Assembly (NCBI GenBank): GCA_964431695.1
Contig: CAYSKI010000020.1
Location: 1,877-65,876, forward strand
Source of the DNA: an uncultured Pirellulales bacterium
GTDB taxonomy: Bacteria > Planctomycetota > Phycisphaerae > Sedimentisphaerales > Anaerobacaceae
Length of the DNA: 64,000 nt
Direction: 5' to 3'
Both the position numbers and the translations under genes were made by a program. Shown here in pieces: positions 1 through 6,542 of this stretch. Position 1 is the first letter of the stretch. Every line of letters begins with the position of its first letter. The notes under the pieces are model-generated. The model was not told the DNA's origin. It searched no databases and saw only the letters and a program-made list of their open reading frames with translations.

Positions 1-126
1 AGCACGGCGGAGAACCAAGCAGTATCGACTTCTGTCACCGTGTCGGCATGAACTACGTCTCATGCTCACCGTTCAGAGTCCCAATCGCAAGATTAGCCGC
101 AGCACAGGCAGCAGCGAAAGAAAAGT
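1..126 (+). CDS. ppdK: pyruvate, phosphate dikinase, C-terminal end (5' part outside window)
   Basis: Frame 3 is open from the window edge to TAA at 124-126. It translates to ..[34 protein letters not shown], which matches the conserved PPDK C-terminus as I remember it (YVSCSP[FY]RVP[IV]ARLAAAQA). Only 41 codons are visible. Confidence 0.7.
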
Positions 127-133
127 AAAAAAT

Positions 134-154
134 CAAAACGCAAAACGCAAAATT
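134..154. repeat. heptanucleotide tandem tract (CAAAACG x2 plus one degenerate unit)
   Basis: caaaacg caaaacg caaaatt, read directly. It lies between the ppdK stop and its terminator. Confidence 0.6.
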
Positions 155-163
155 GTGGATAAA

Positions 164-196
164 GTGAAGCGTTCTTCGGGACGCTTCACTTTTTTA
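164..196 (+). terminator. rho-independent terminator of ppdK
   Basis: 9-bp stem gtgaagcgt/acgcttcac with loop tcttcggg, followed by tttttta. Confidence 0.8.
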
Positions 197-346
197 TGCG
201 CTTCATGTCATTGCGAGGCTTCGTAGCTTCAGCGAAGTAGCCGAGGCAATCTTCATTATTAATCATTTGAAAATATCAAATCTGTAGATAGAATATTCGA
301 ATTGAACATTAAATGTTCCCGGCCATCCATTTGGAAAGGAACAATT

Positions 347-556
347 ATGAAAAAGAACTCGGCTCACAAAATTATCAATCCGATTCTGTTTGTATTGATT
401 ATCAGTCAGGCAATCACGGGCTTGCTGCACTTGAAGCTTTCGCCGGAGACATTCGAGACTATTCACGAAGGCGGCGGAATGATTTTAGTCGGCCTTGTCG
501 CTGTCCATTTAATATTGAACTTCAACTGGATAAAGGCAAGCTACTTCCATAAATAA
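347..556 (+). CDS. small two-TM membrane protein (DUF4405-like)
   Basis: The ORF-track 302..556 ORF is trimmed to the internal ATG at 347 (MKKNSAHKIINPILFVLIISQAITGLLH...VGLVAVHLILNFNWIK). It has two hydrophobic helices with conserved His. The family name is from memory. Confidence 0.5.
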   Translation: MKKNSAHKIINPILFVLIISQAITGLLHLKLSPETFETIHEGGGMILVGLVAVHLILNFNWIKASYFHK

Positions 557-851
557 CATACGATTCATTTTCGAAACACATCAAAGCCAACCCGGCAGTA
601 AACTACCGGGCTAAATATCAAAAACAAATACGGCGAACACTAAACCCTAAACCCTATTTGCCAAACGCAACTTTTTTCCTTGCTTTTCCAATAATTCCGA
701 CCATAATAGAATTCACATTGCGGAAACATCTTGATGAGGAAGTATATCTATTACTGTTGTACAGCGAGACTGTTATGAGGAAATTGTGTCCATTAATAAT
801 CTAATATGGATTATAAACGAAATTTATTTATCTGAATTAAAATTAAAATAA

Positions 852-877
852 TTAGCCCCTTAATTTATTAAGGGGTT
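852..877. repeat. left inverted repeat / hairpin
   Basis: ttagccccttaatttattaaggggtt; the hairpin core is 856-875. Confidence 0.85.
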
Positions 878-983
878 AGAATGAACAATGTGAATCCCGC
901 TATAAACAATACTCCCGCTCTGCAAACCGGGAGGTTAAATATAAAAGTATACATAAATGCAACAATATAAATACGGAGAGGTG

Positions 984-1433
984 ATGGCAAAGACACTTGG
1001 TTATATGATCACATGGACGACATATGGGACGTGGCTACAAGGAGATAAACGCGGCTATGTTAAAAATGGAACGATTCGTCCAGCCAATCCGGAACTTGCC
1101 ATGTCAAATCAACAAAACCTCATCAAAAATCCTGTTACATTGTCCAAGGCTCATCGTACAATTGTGGAAAAAGCCATATATGAAAAAGCCCATAATCTCA
1201 ACCAACAAATTCATGCCCTGGCTGTGCGCTCGAACCATGTCCACCTCGTAGTTGATTATATTCATAGACCGGTCGGCTCGATTGTTAGGCTTTATAAAAT
1301 CGTAGCTCAGGTTGCACTTCGCAAAGTTGGAATATCAGGTCGAGTCTGGACAATAGGATTCGATAAGAGATATTGTTTCGATCAACAAACTCTGAAAAAG
1401 AGAATTGATTACGTCAATTCCCATAAAAAATAA
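984..1433 (+). CDS. IS200-like (Y1, HUH) transposase family protein
   Basis: MAKTLGYMITWTTYGTWLQGDKRGYV..; HUH motif in SNHVHLVVDY; candidate catalytic Tyr in RIDYVNSH. The ATG at 984 is preceded by GGAGAG. The ORF-track ORF is 957..1433. Confidence 0.7.
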   Translation: MAKTLGYMITWTTYGTWLQGDKRGYVKNGTIRPANPELAMSNQQNLIKNPVTLSKAHRTIVEKAIYEKAHNLNQQIHALAVRSNHVHLVVDYIHRPVGSIVRLYKIVAQVALRKVGISGRVWTIGFDKRYCFDQQTLKKRIDYVNSHKK

Positions 1434-1444
1434 AATAAAAAAAC

Positions 1445-1470
1445 AACCCCTTAATAAATTAAGGGGCTAA
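1445..1470. repeat. right inverted repeat / hairpin
   Basis: aaccccttaataaattaaggggctaa, the reverse complement of 852-877. It overlaps the stop codon of the HNH-AP2 gene (1467-1469). Confidence 0.85.
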
Positions 1471-2138
1471 ATATTTATTAGATTCAACGATGCGAATTCG
1501 CCGTGGTATTTTTGTGCTGCATTGTCGTATGCATTAGCGGCGGAAAGCTCATCGGTGAAATAGCCGAGATGATAGGTCTTGTTATCGCAGGAGATTTGAG
1601 CGGCCCATTTCTTGCATCTTTTATTCCAGTGGACTCCTTTGTATTTCGAAGTTTTGCAGCGGCTGCTTCGCAGGTTGCGGCAGTTCTCGGCAAACGTACA
1701 AATGCGCAGATTCTCCTTTCGATTGTTCAGGCCGTTATGGTCGATGTGGTCCACGACGAGATTATCCGGAGCGTCCATAATCCAGCGGTGCATTTTGATA
1801 CTTTTGCCGTTTTCCTTTCGAACGGCGTAGCAATTCTGACCCGTCCCTTCGGTGAACCACGTATATTGGCTAAGCCGCGGATAGTCCTCGGCATCGACAA
1901 TCGCAAACAGTCCTCGGGTCAGAGGAATCCGCCGGGGCGCACGGTATGTCGGGCTGGCGAGACGTGAAGGATAAAAGTTGGCGCAGCGGTCCCTTAAAGA
2001 GCGGATATTCCAGCGGCCTTCGGAGCCTTTTTTCTGCCGGCATATCAAAGCCGCCCTGCCGGAGCTGGTGGCATAGGTAGAAAAGCAGCAGTTGTCGCAT
2101 CTGGGTTTCGCCGTCTTATGAAGTTTCTCCCGGGACAT
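1467..2138 (-). CDS. HNH endonuclease with C-terminal AP2 DNA-binding domain
   Basis: HNH_3-like KMHRWIMDAPDNLVVDHIDHNGLNNRKENLRICTFAENCRN. AP2-like SKYKGVHWNKRCKKWAAQISCDNKTYHLGYFTDELSAANAYDNAAQKYHGEFASLN. Start placed at the ATG at 2138 (GGGGGA upstream); the longest ORF starts at a TTG at 2165. Confidence 0.8.
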   Translation of the reverse strand: MSREKLHKTAKPRCDNCCFSTYATSSGRAALICRQKKGSEGRWNIRSLRDRCANFYPSRLASPTYRAPRRIPLTRGLFAIVDAEDYPRLSQYTWFTEGTGQNCYAVRKENGKSIKMHRWIMDAPDNLVVDHIDHNGLNNRKENLRICTFAENCRNLRSSRCKTSKYKGVHWNKRCKKWAAQISCDNKTYHLGYFTDELSAANAYDNAAQKYHGEFASLNLINI

Positions 2139-2400
2139 AAGTTTCCCCCCTGCAGGCAAGATCAAGTGAACAAAAAAGTTATATTGAAATGTACTATGCT
2201 ATACTCCCATTTTGGCGGGTATTATACCACAAGGTGCGGGATTTTCAAGTGAATTTTCTCCGGCACGAACAGGGGAAAACCCGCCAAATTATCCAGCTAA
2301 GTGCTTTGTTTACAAATGATTATATATATATCATCCGGAAAAAAAACGATTCGGGCCTTAAAAAAAAACTCATGATTTTCGGAGGGATAATACGAAAATA

Positions 2401-2429
2401 TTGACAATATCCGATAATTATGTTAAATT
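2401..2429 (+). promoter_or_regulatory. candidate sigma70 promoter for the pseudopilin gene
   Basis: TTGACA (2401-2406), 17-nt spacer, TAAATT (2424-2429). Confidence 0.4.
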
Positions 2430-2515
2430 TTAACTGTGTCAATTGTTGGAGCGATTTGTTATCTTAATTGTTAAGTTTATTAACAATCGATATATAAATT
2501 CGGAGTCTTAAAGCA

Positions 2516-3325
2516 ATGTCAAACAATAAAAACAAAGCCTTCACACTCATAGAACTTCTGGTAGTAATTTCAATAATCGCCTTACTGATGTCAATCCTGA
2601 TGCCGACTCTGAACCAGGTAAAAAAACAGGCAAAAACAGTGATGTGTCAGGCGCGGTTAAGAGAATGGGGTTTGCTCTTTAAGCTTTATACAGATGATTA
2701 TCAAGGCAATTTCAATCCGGGCTGGGATGTCGCCGACGGGTCAGCATTATGGATGAATGCCCTGAGACCTTACTACAATGACAACTGGGAAATGCTGCTC
2801 TGTCCAACTGCTGAAAGACTCATGTTAAATGCATCCGACTGGGGCACTTTTAAGGCGGCGTCACGAGAAATACCCACACCGGGAGGTGGCAGGCAAAATT
2901 ACATATTCAGTTATAGCATTAATTCCTGGACGAACAATATGAAGGGGGACCGCGGAACTCGCAAGGTCGAATGGTTTTGGAAGAATGTCAACAATGTAAC
3001 AAGAGCAGATCAAATACCTGTCTTCGCGGATTCTACATGGCATGATGCCTGGCCGCTCCATACGGACAACCCGCCGGAAACAATGGACGCTTTCGGAATC
3101 GGCGACCAGGGCACAGAAGGGGAGATGGATCATTTTTGTATCAACCGACATGACGGTTTTATCAACTCCATGTTCATGGATTGGTCCACAAGACGCGTGG
3201 GACTGAAAGAATTGTGGACATTGAAGTGGCATCGTGATTTCAATACTCAATACGTATGGACGAAAGCCGGCGGTGCGGTTGACGAAAATTGGCCTCTTTG
3301 GATGAGACACTTCAAAGCTTACTAA
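2516..3325 (+). CDS. prepilin-type N-terminal cleavage/methylation domain protein (DUF1559 / H-X9-DG-like pseudopilin)
   Basis: MSNNKNKA|FTLIELLVVISIIALLMSILMPTL class-III signal. Near the C-terminus, INRHDGFINSMFMDWS resembles the H-X9-D(G) box. Confidence 0.85.
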   Translation: MSNNKNKAFTLIELLVVISIIALLMSILMPTLNQVKKQAKTVMCQARLREWGLLFKLYTDDYQGNFNPGWDVADGSALWMNALRPYYNDNWEMLLCPTAERLMLNASDWGTFKAASREIPTPGGGRQNYIFSYSINSWTNNMKGDRGTRKVEWFWKNVNNVTRADQIPVFADSTWHDAWPLHTDNPPETMDAFGIGDQGTEGEMDHFCINRHDGFINSMFMDWSTRRVGLKELWTLKWHRDFNTQYVWTKAGGAVDENWPLWMRHFKAY

Positions 3326-3438
3326 AAAAGTGCGCATAATTGAGAGAGCACTTTTTAGAAGCGATCCCATACCTGTTATATCTTAATAAACATCACAAAA
3401 CGTCCCTTCTTCGGGATGATTATTACCGGATAAAAGCG

Positions 3439-3467
3439 TTGACGCAAACCGGCGTGCCTGATACAAT
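3439..3467 (+). promoter_or_regulatory. candidate sigma70 promoter for tRNA-His
   Basis: TTGACG (3439-3444), 17-nt spacer, TACAAT (3462-3467), about 27 nt upstream of the tRNA 5' end. Confidence 0.6.
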
Positions 3468-3493
3468 AGTCGTCCCGGTGGGCAGAAAATTGT

Positions 3494-3568
3494 GGTGAAA
3501 GTAGCTCAGATGGTTAGAGCACCAGATTGTGGATCTGGGGGTCGGGGGTTCGAGTCCCCTCTTTCACC
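3494..3568 (+). tRNA. trnH: tRNA-His (anticodon GTG)
   Basis: The cloverleaf was folded by hand. It has an 8-bp acceptor stem including an encoded G-1 (ggtgaaag/ctttcacc). D arm is gctc..gagc. Anticodon stem is ccaga/tctgg with loop ttGTGga. T arm is ggggg-ttcgagt-cccct. No CCA is encoded, and a T-run follows. Confidence 0.9.
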
Positions 3569-3777
3569 CTTTTTTTAGTGCGGCGGTCTTTTCCCCGGCA
3601 ATTCGGTCAAACCGCATGACAATCATCTCTACGGCGGAGGAATCGCGAGGAAACACATAAAACCAGCCTCGACGAACATGAGGAATATTTGCATGAATAA
3701 GTATGATGTGGTAACTTTACAGTTTTCTTTCGGAGGAATCGCTCAGAGAGCGCAAAGTTAAAGGTGAAAAGACTAAA

Positions 3778-4482
3778 TCAATTGTTCTCGGAAGCGCTGA
3801 TTTGTGCTTTTCGCCCCTGCCCCCGGCAGCTTTCGCAATTGCAGGCACCCACCAGCCTTAAATGTGATAAGCCGGCGAGTTTTTTGGTCTCGATTACTTT
3901 TGCCCCTTTTGTCTCCATCTTTCGCAGTGCCAGCTTTGCATCGCCGGTATTACGCGAACCGATCGCATCGATTATGACGGTCACTTTCTTACCTCGCTGC
4001 AGCAGTCCGAGTGCCGTTGCCTTGACGGCGCCTTCGAGACTGGTGCCGACCAGAATAAACTCACTTGCCCTCAATTCGCTCAAAAGTCTGTCAATGCGCG
4101 GCTCATCGAACGGATCGACGCATCGTTTATAGAGAATCACCTGCCTGTATCTCCGCAATATGTCTCTCGGTAAATCGGTGCTACCGTCAGCGGCCAAAGA
4201 TATCCTGTTATCGACAAGTGTGTATTGAATTTTCTTCTGCCCCTCGGTGCCATCGATGCAGTGGCTCGGCGTTCCGTTACCGTTATCATTGGAGTAAACT
4301 TCCGCCGTCGAGATGATAGGAACACTGTGGCGTCTTGCCCAGGCCATCACCCTGCGGATATTCGCCAGAACTCTTCGGTGGTTTCTGATACACGACTTGC
4401 CTCTGACCAAGAGAAAATCTTTTTGCGTATCGATATCTACCAGAATCTGCTTTCTTCGTGTTCTGATTAATTGTAAAATCAT
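3778..4482 (-). CDS. isochorismatase/nicotinamidase-family (cysteine hydrolase) protein
   Basis: ILVDIDTQKDF near the N-terminus is typical of the isochorismatase fold. The C-terminal tail carries CNCESC. Confidence 0.55.
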   Translation of the reverse strand: MILQLIRTRRKQILVDIDTQKDFLLVRGKSCIRNHRRVLANIRRVMAWARRHSVPIISTAEVYSNDNGNGTPSHCIDGTEGQKKIQYTLVDNRISLAADGSTDLPRDILRRYRQVILYKRCVDPFDEPRIDRLLSELRASEFILVGTSLEGAVKATALGLLQRGKKVTVIIDAIGSRNTGDAKLALRKMETKGAKVIETKKLAGLSHLRLVGACNCESCRGQGRKAQISASENN

Positions 4483-4699
4483 TTTTCAGATTTCCTTATC
4501 GACGCATCAGCGATTCCGTCCTATAAAGAATACGCATCAGCGAGTAATCAGGTTCACTCCCTCATATCGAACACTATTTACCGACACTTTAATTGCAGCA
4601 GAACGCCAAAAAACAAATCAGGCTTCGTAAAAAGGGATATTTTCCTGTATAATAGGACTTTGGAATCCTTATTTCATTTACGTATTTAATGTTGCGAAC

Positions 4700-5335
4700 A
4701 TGGTTAGGCTAATGGCACGAATTTTGAAAGACTACGAGTCCGTATCTTTTAAAGAAAAAGAATTGGACGGTAAAATAGACTTTGTCCGGCTTTTCGGACG
4801 TTCGGGCCCGGTCCATATCGAAATCGGCTCCGGCAAAGGAACATTCCTTCTCAACCAGGCCAGGACCATGCCCGGTGACAATTTCCTCGGTATTGAATGG
4901 GCACGAAAGTATTACCGTTACGCCGTTGATCGAATCGGCCGATGGGGCCTGACGAATGTGCGCATCATTCGCACGGACGCCGCAGTTTTCATCGCCGAGT
5001 TTGTGCCGGACAACTGCGTGGATTGTTTCCATATTTATTTCCCTGATCCCTGGCCGAAAAAACGTCACCACAAAAGACGTTTTGTTTGCCCTGCCAATCT
5101 GGAGCATCTGATTCGCTGCTTGAAGAGCGACGGACAATTGCGAATTACCACCGACTACGCCGATTATTTCGAACAAATAAAAATGGTCTTGGCCGCACGC
5201 AGTGACATATTGGAAGAAATCGATTTTCTATCCGCCGCAGGAGCCGAGAGAGGCGAATGGGTCGGCACAAACTTCGAGCGAAAATACCTCAAAGACAACA
5301 GACCTATCTACGCCCTAGCCGCAAGGGAAAAATGA
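4700..5335 (+). CDS. trmB: tRNA (guanine46-N7)-methyltransferase
   Basis: IEIGSGKGTFLL (SAM motif I), FLGIEW, HIYFPDPWPKKRHHKRR. Confidence 0.9.
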   Translation: MVRLMARILKDYESVSFKEKELDGKIDFVRLFGRSGPVHIEIGSGKGTFLLNQARTMPGDNFLGIEWARKYYRYAVDRIGRWGLTNVRIIRTDAAVFIAEFVPDNCVDCFHIYFPDPWPKKRHHKRRFVCPANLEHLIRCLKSDGQLRITTDYADYFEQIKMVLAARSDILEEIDFLSAAGAERGEWVGTNFERKYLKDNRPIYALAAREK

Positions 5336-5342
5336 TATACTT

Positions 5343-5738
5343 TCAATTTACTTGTGAAATAAGATGAATGACATTTTCTCTGAAACTTTCAGCTATCTCT
5401 ATGCACTTCCGGCAGGTTTGTAGGTCCGGTTCAAAATCAGGCAAAACACTACCGACAGGATATTTAGAGGGTATATATATTGAGTCAAGAAGATCACGGT
5501 CGTCTTCGCTAATATCTACTTTCTGACCATGTTCTGTGAGAATCATAACCAGCTCGTTGATACTGTGAGTCTTTTTTATCTTAATCCCGTATTCTATCAA
5601 TACGGCTTTGAGCATTTTTTCAACCGCTTGCTGTACATTTTGCAGGCACGGATTGAAAAGCTGATTTTCAAAAAGCAACTTAGCCGATTGCAGATTATCG
5701 TCGGCGTTTGCAAGCCACTTTTCAGTCTGCTCTTTCAT
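5343..5738 (-). CDS. HEPN domain protein (toxin partner of MNT)
   Basis: MKEQTEKWLANADDNLQSAKLLFENQLFNPCLQNVQQAVEKMLKAVL is a typical HEPN N-terminus. Start chosen at the internal ATG at 5738 (longest ORF runs to 5780). It overlaps the MNT stop. Confidence 0.75.
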   Translation of the reverse strand: MKEQTEKWLANADDNLQSAKLLFENQLFNPCLQNVQQAVEKMLKAVLIEYGIKIKKTHSINELVMILTEHGQKVDISEDDRDLLDSIYIPSKYPVGSVLPDFEPDLQTCRKCIEIAESFRENVIHLISQVN

Positions 5739-6033
5739 AGATAACCTCTCCGCTTTCAATTTCGTCCATAAAAAAACCATCCTTTACGCCTGCTTTCAAC
5801 GGAATGATATCTAATGGAATAATCCGTGCAAGCTCCCTTGTTTTTTTTCTATATTTCATGGCAAGCGGAAGGTATTTGTTATCGCTGTCCTGAAATACCG
5901 CAACATCAAGATCGCGTGGATTGTCAGAATTTACGAACGAGCCGAAAATGACAATACGACAGATTTCGCTTTCGGCCCTGAGTGAATCAACCAACTGCTG
6001 CTTCAATAATTGTTTTTGCTTTTCTGTAAGCAT
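5722..6033 (-). CDS. minimal nucleotidyltransferase (MNT) domain protein
   Basis: VIFGSFVNSDNPRDLDVAVF matches the GS-X10-DxD polymerase-beta-type NTase motif. It sits immediately upstream of and overlaps the HEPN gene. Confidence 0.8.
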   Translation of the reverse strand: MLTEKQKQLLKQQLVDSLRAESEICRIVIFGSFVNSDNPRDLDVAVFQDSDNKYLPLAMKYRKKTRELARIIPLDIIPLKAGVKDGFFMDEIESGEVIYERAD

Positions 6034-6142
6034 ATCAAATAAGTTTTAACAACCGATATTCATATACATTTCAATAACTATTATTACTTTATCTCCGCAT
6101 GCCTTCAAGAACAATAATCTTGCCTTTCAACTTATTCTTCAA

Positions 6143-6475
6143 TCATCCTGATAACCAGTTAATCAATAATCCTCCGAGTAATCCACTAAGAAAACTGACA
6201 ATGATCCATATCCAGTGGTTTTTTATGTACTCTGCGTACCATAGATTGCTACGTGACCACCAGGAAGTGTATTTTTGTGCAAGGTTTATCCCCTCAGCAG
6301 TGAGACTAATTCGCCCTCCGGGGATATTAAAGTCGATTACGATTAAGCGTAGGTCACGAAGATGCAGATGTGCCGCTTCGTCCAGTGGCTTTTCAAACGA
6401 AAAGGAGCTTTTTCCGGCAATCCACGTGCGATAGTAAGAAATCAGCAATTTTCTTTCGTTTTTTGGCAACAACAT
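6143..6475 (-). CDS. hypothetical protein with C-terminal TM anchor
   Basis: ATG at 6475 preceded by GGGGGAG. The C-terminus WIWIIVSFLSGLLGGLLINWL is hydrophobic. I recognise no family. Confidence 0.5.
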   Translation of the reverse strand: MLLPKNERKLLISYYRTWIAGKSSFSFEKPLDEAAHLHLRDLRLIVIDFNIPGGRISLTAEGINLAQKYTSWWSRSNLWYAEYIKNHWIWIIVSFLSGLLGGLLINWLSG

Positions 6476-6542
6476 AATAATCTCCCCCAATTCTATTACA
6501 GGCCGGATCCATTCGATAAGCTCAGGATGACACTTTTCGGTG

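Larger units (their letters stand above)
852..1470 (+). mobile_element. IS200-like / RAYT-like cassette: Y1 transposase gene bracketed by inverted 26-nt hairpin repeats
   Basis: TTAGCCCCTTAATTTATTAAGGGGTT at 852-877 is the exact reverse complement of 1445-1470. Each copy also folds into an 8-9 bp hairpin (CCCCTTAA..TTAAGGGG). Confidence 0.6.

Noticed and set aside
207-255. Imperfect palindrome cattgcgaggcttcgtagcttcagcgaagtagccgaggcaatc downstream of the ppdK terminator.
   Set aside because: Only attgc/gcaat and cttcg/cgaag pair cleanly. There is a single copy in the window. It resembles common REP-like filler, but that cannot be established without the genome.
640-660. Telomere-like CCCTAAA repeat (ctaaacc ctaaacc ctatttg).
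   Set aside because: There are only two full units. That is compatible with chance, or with the general period-7 repeat tendency. Nothing suggests a linear replicon end.
556-3493. Genomic island integrated next to tRNA-His (Y1 transposase, HNH-AP2, pseudopilin).
   Set aside because: No integrase is present. By eye I found no direct repeat of the tRNA 3' end, and the genes lie upstream of the tRNA rather than downstream. Pseudopilin genes of this type are dispersed core genes in PVC bacteria.
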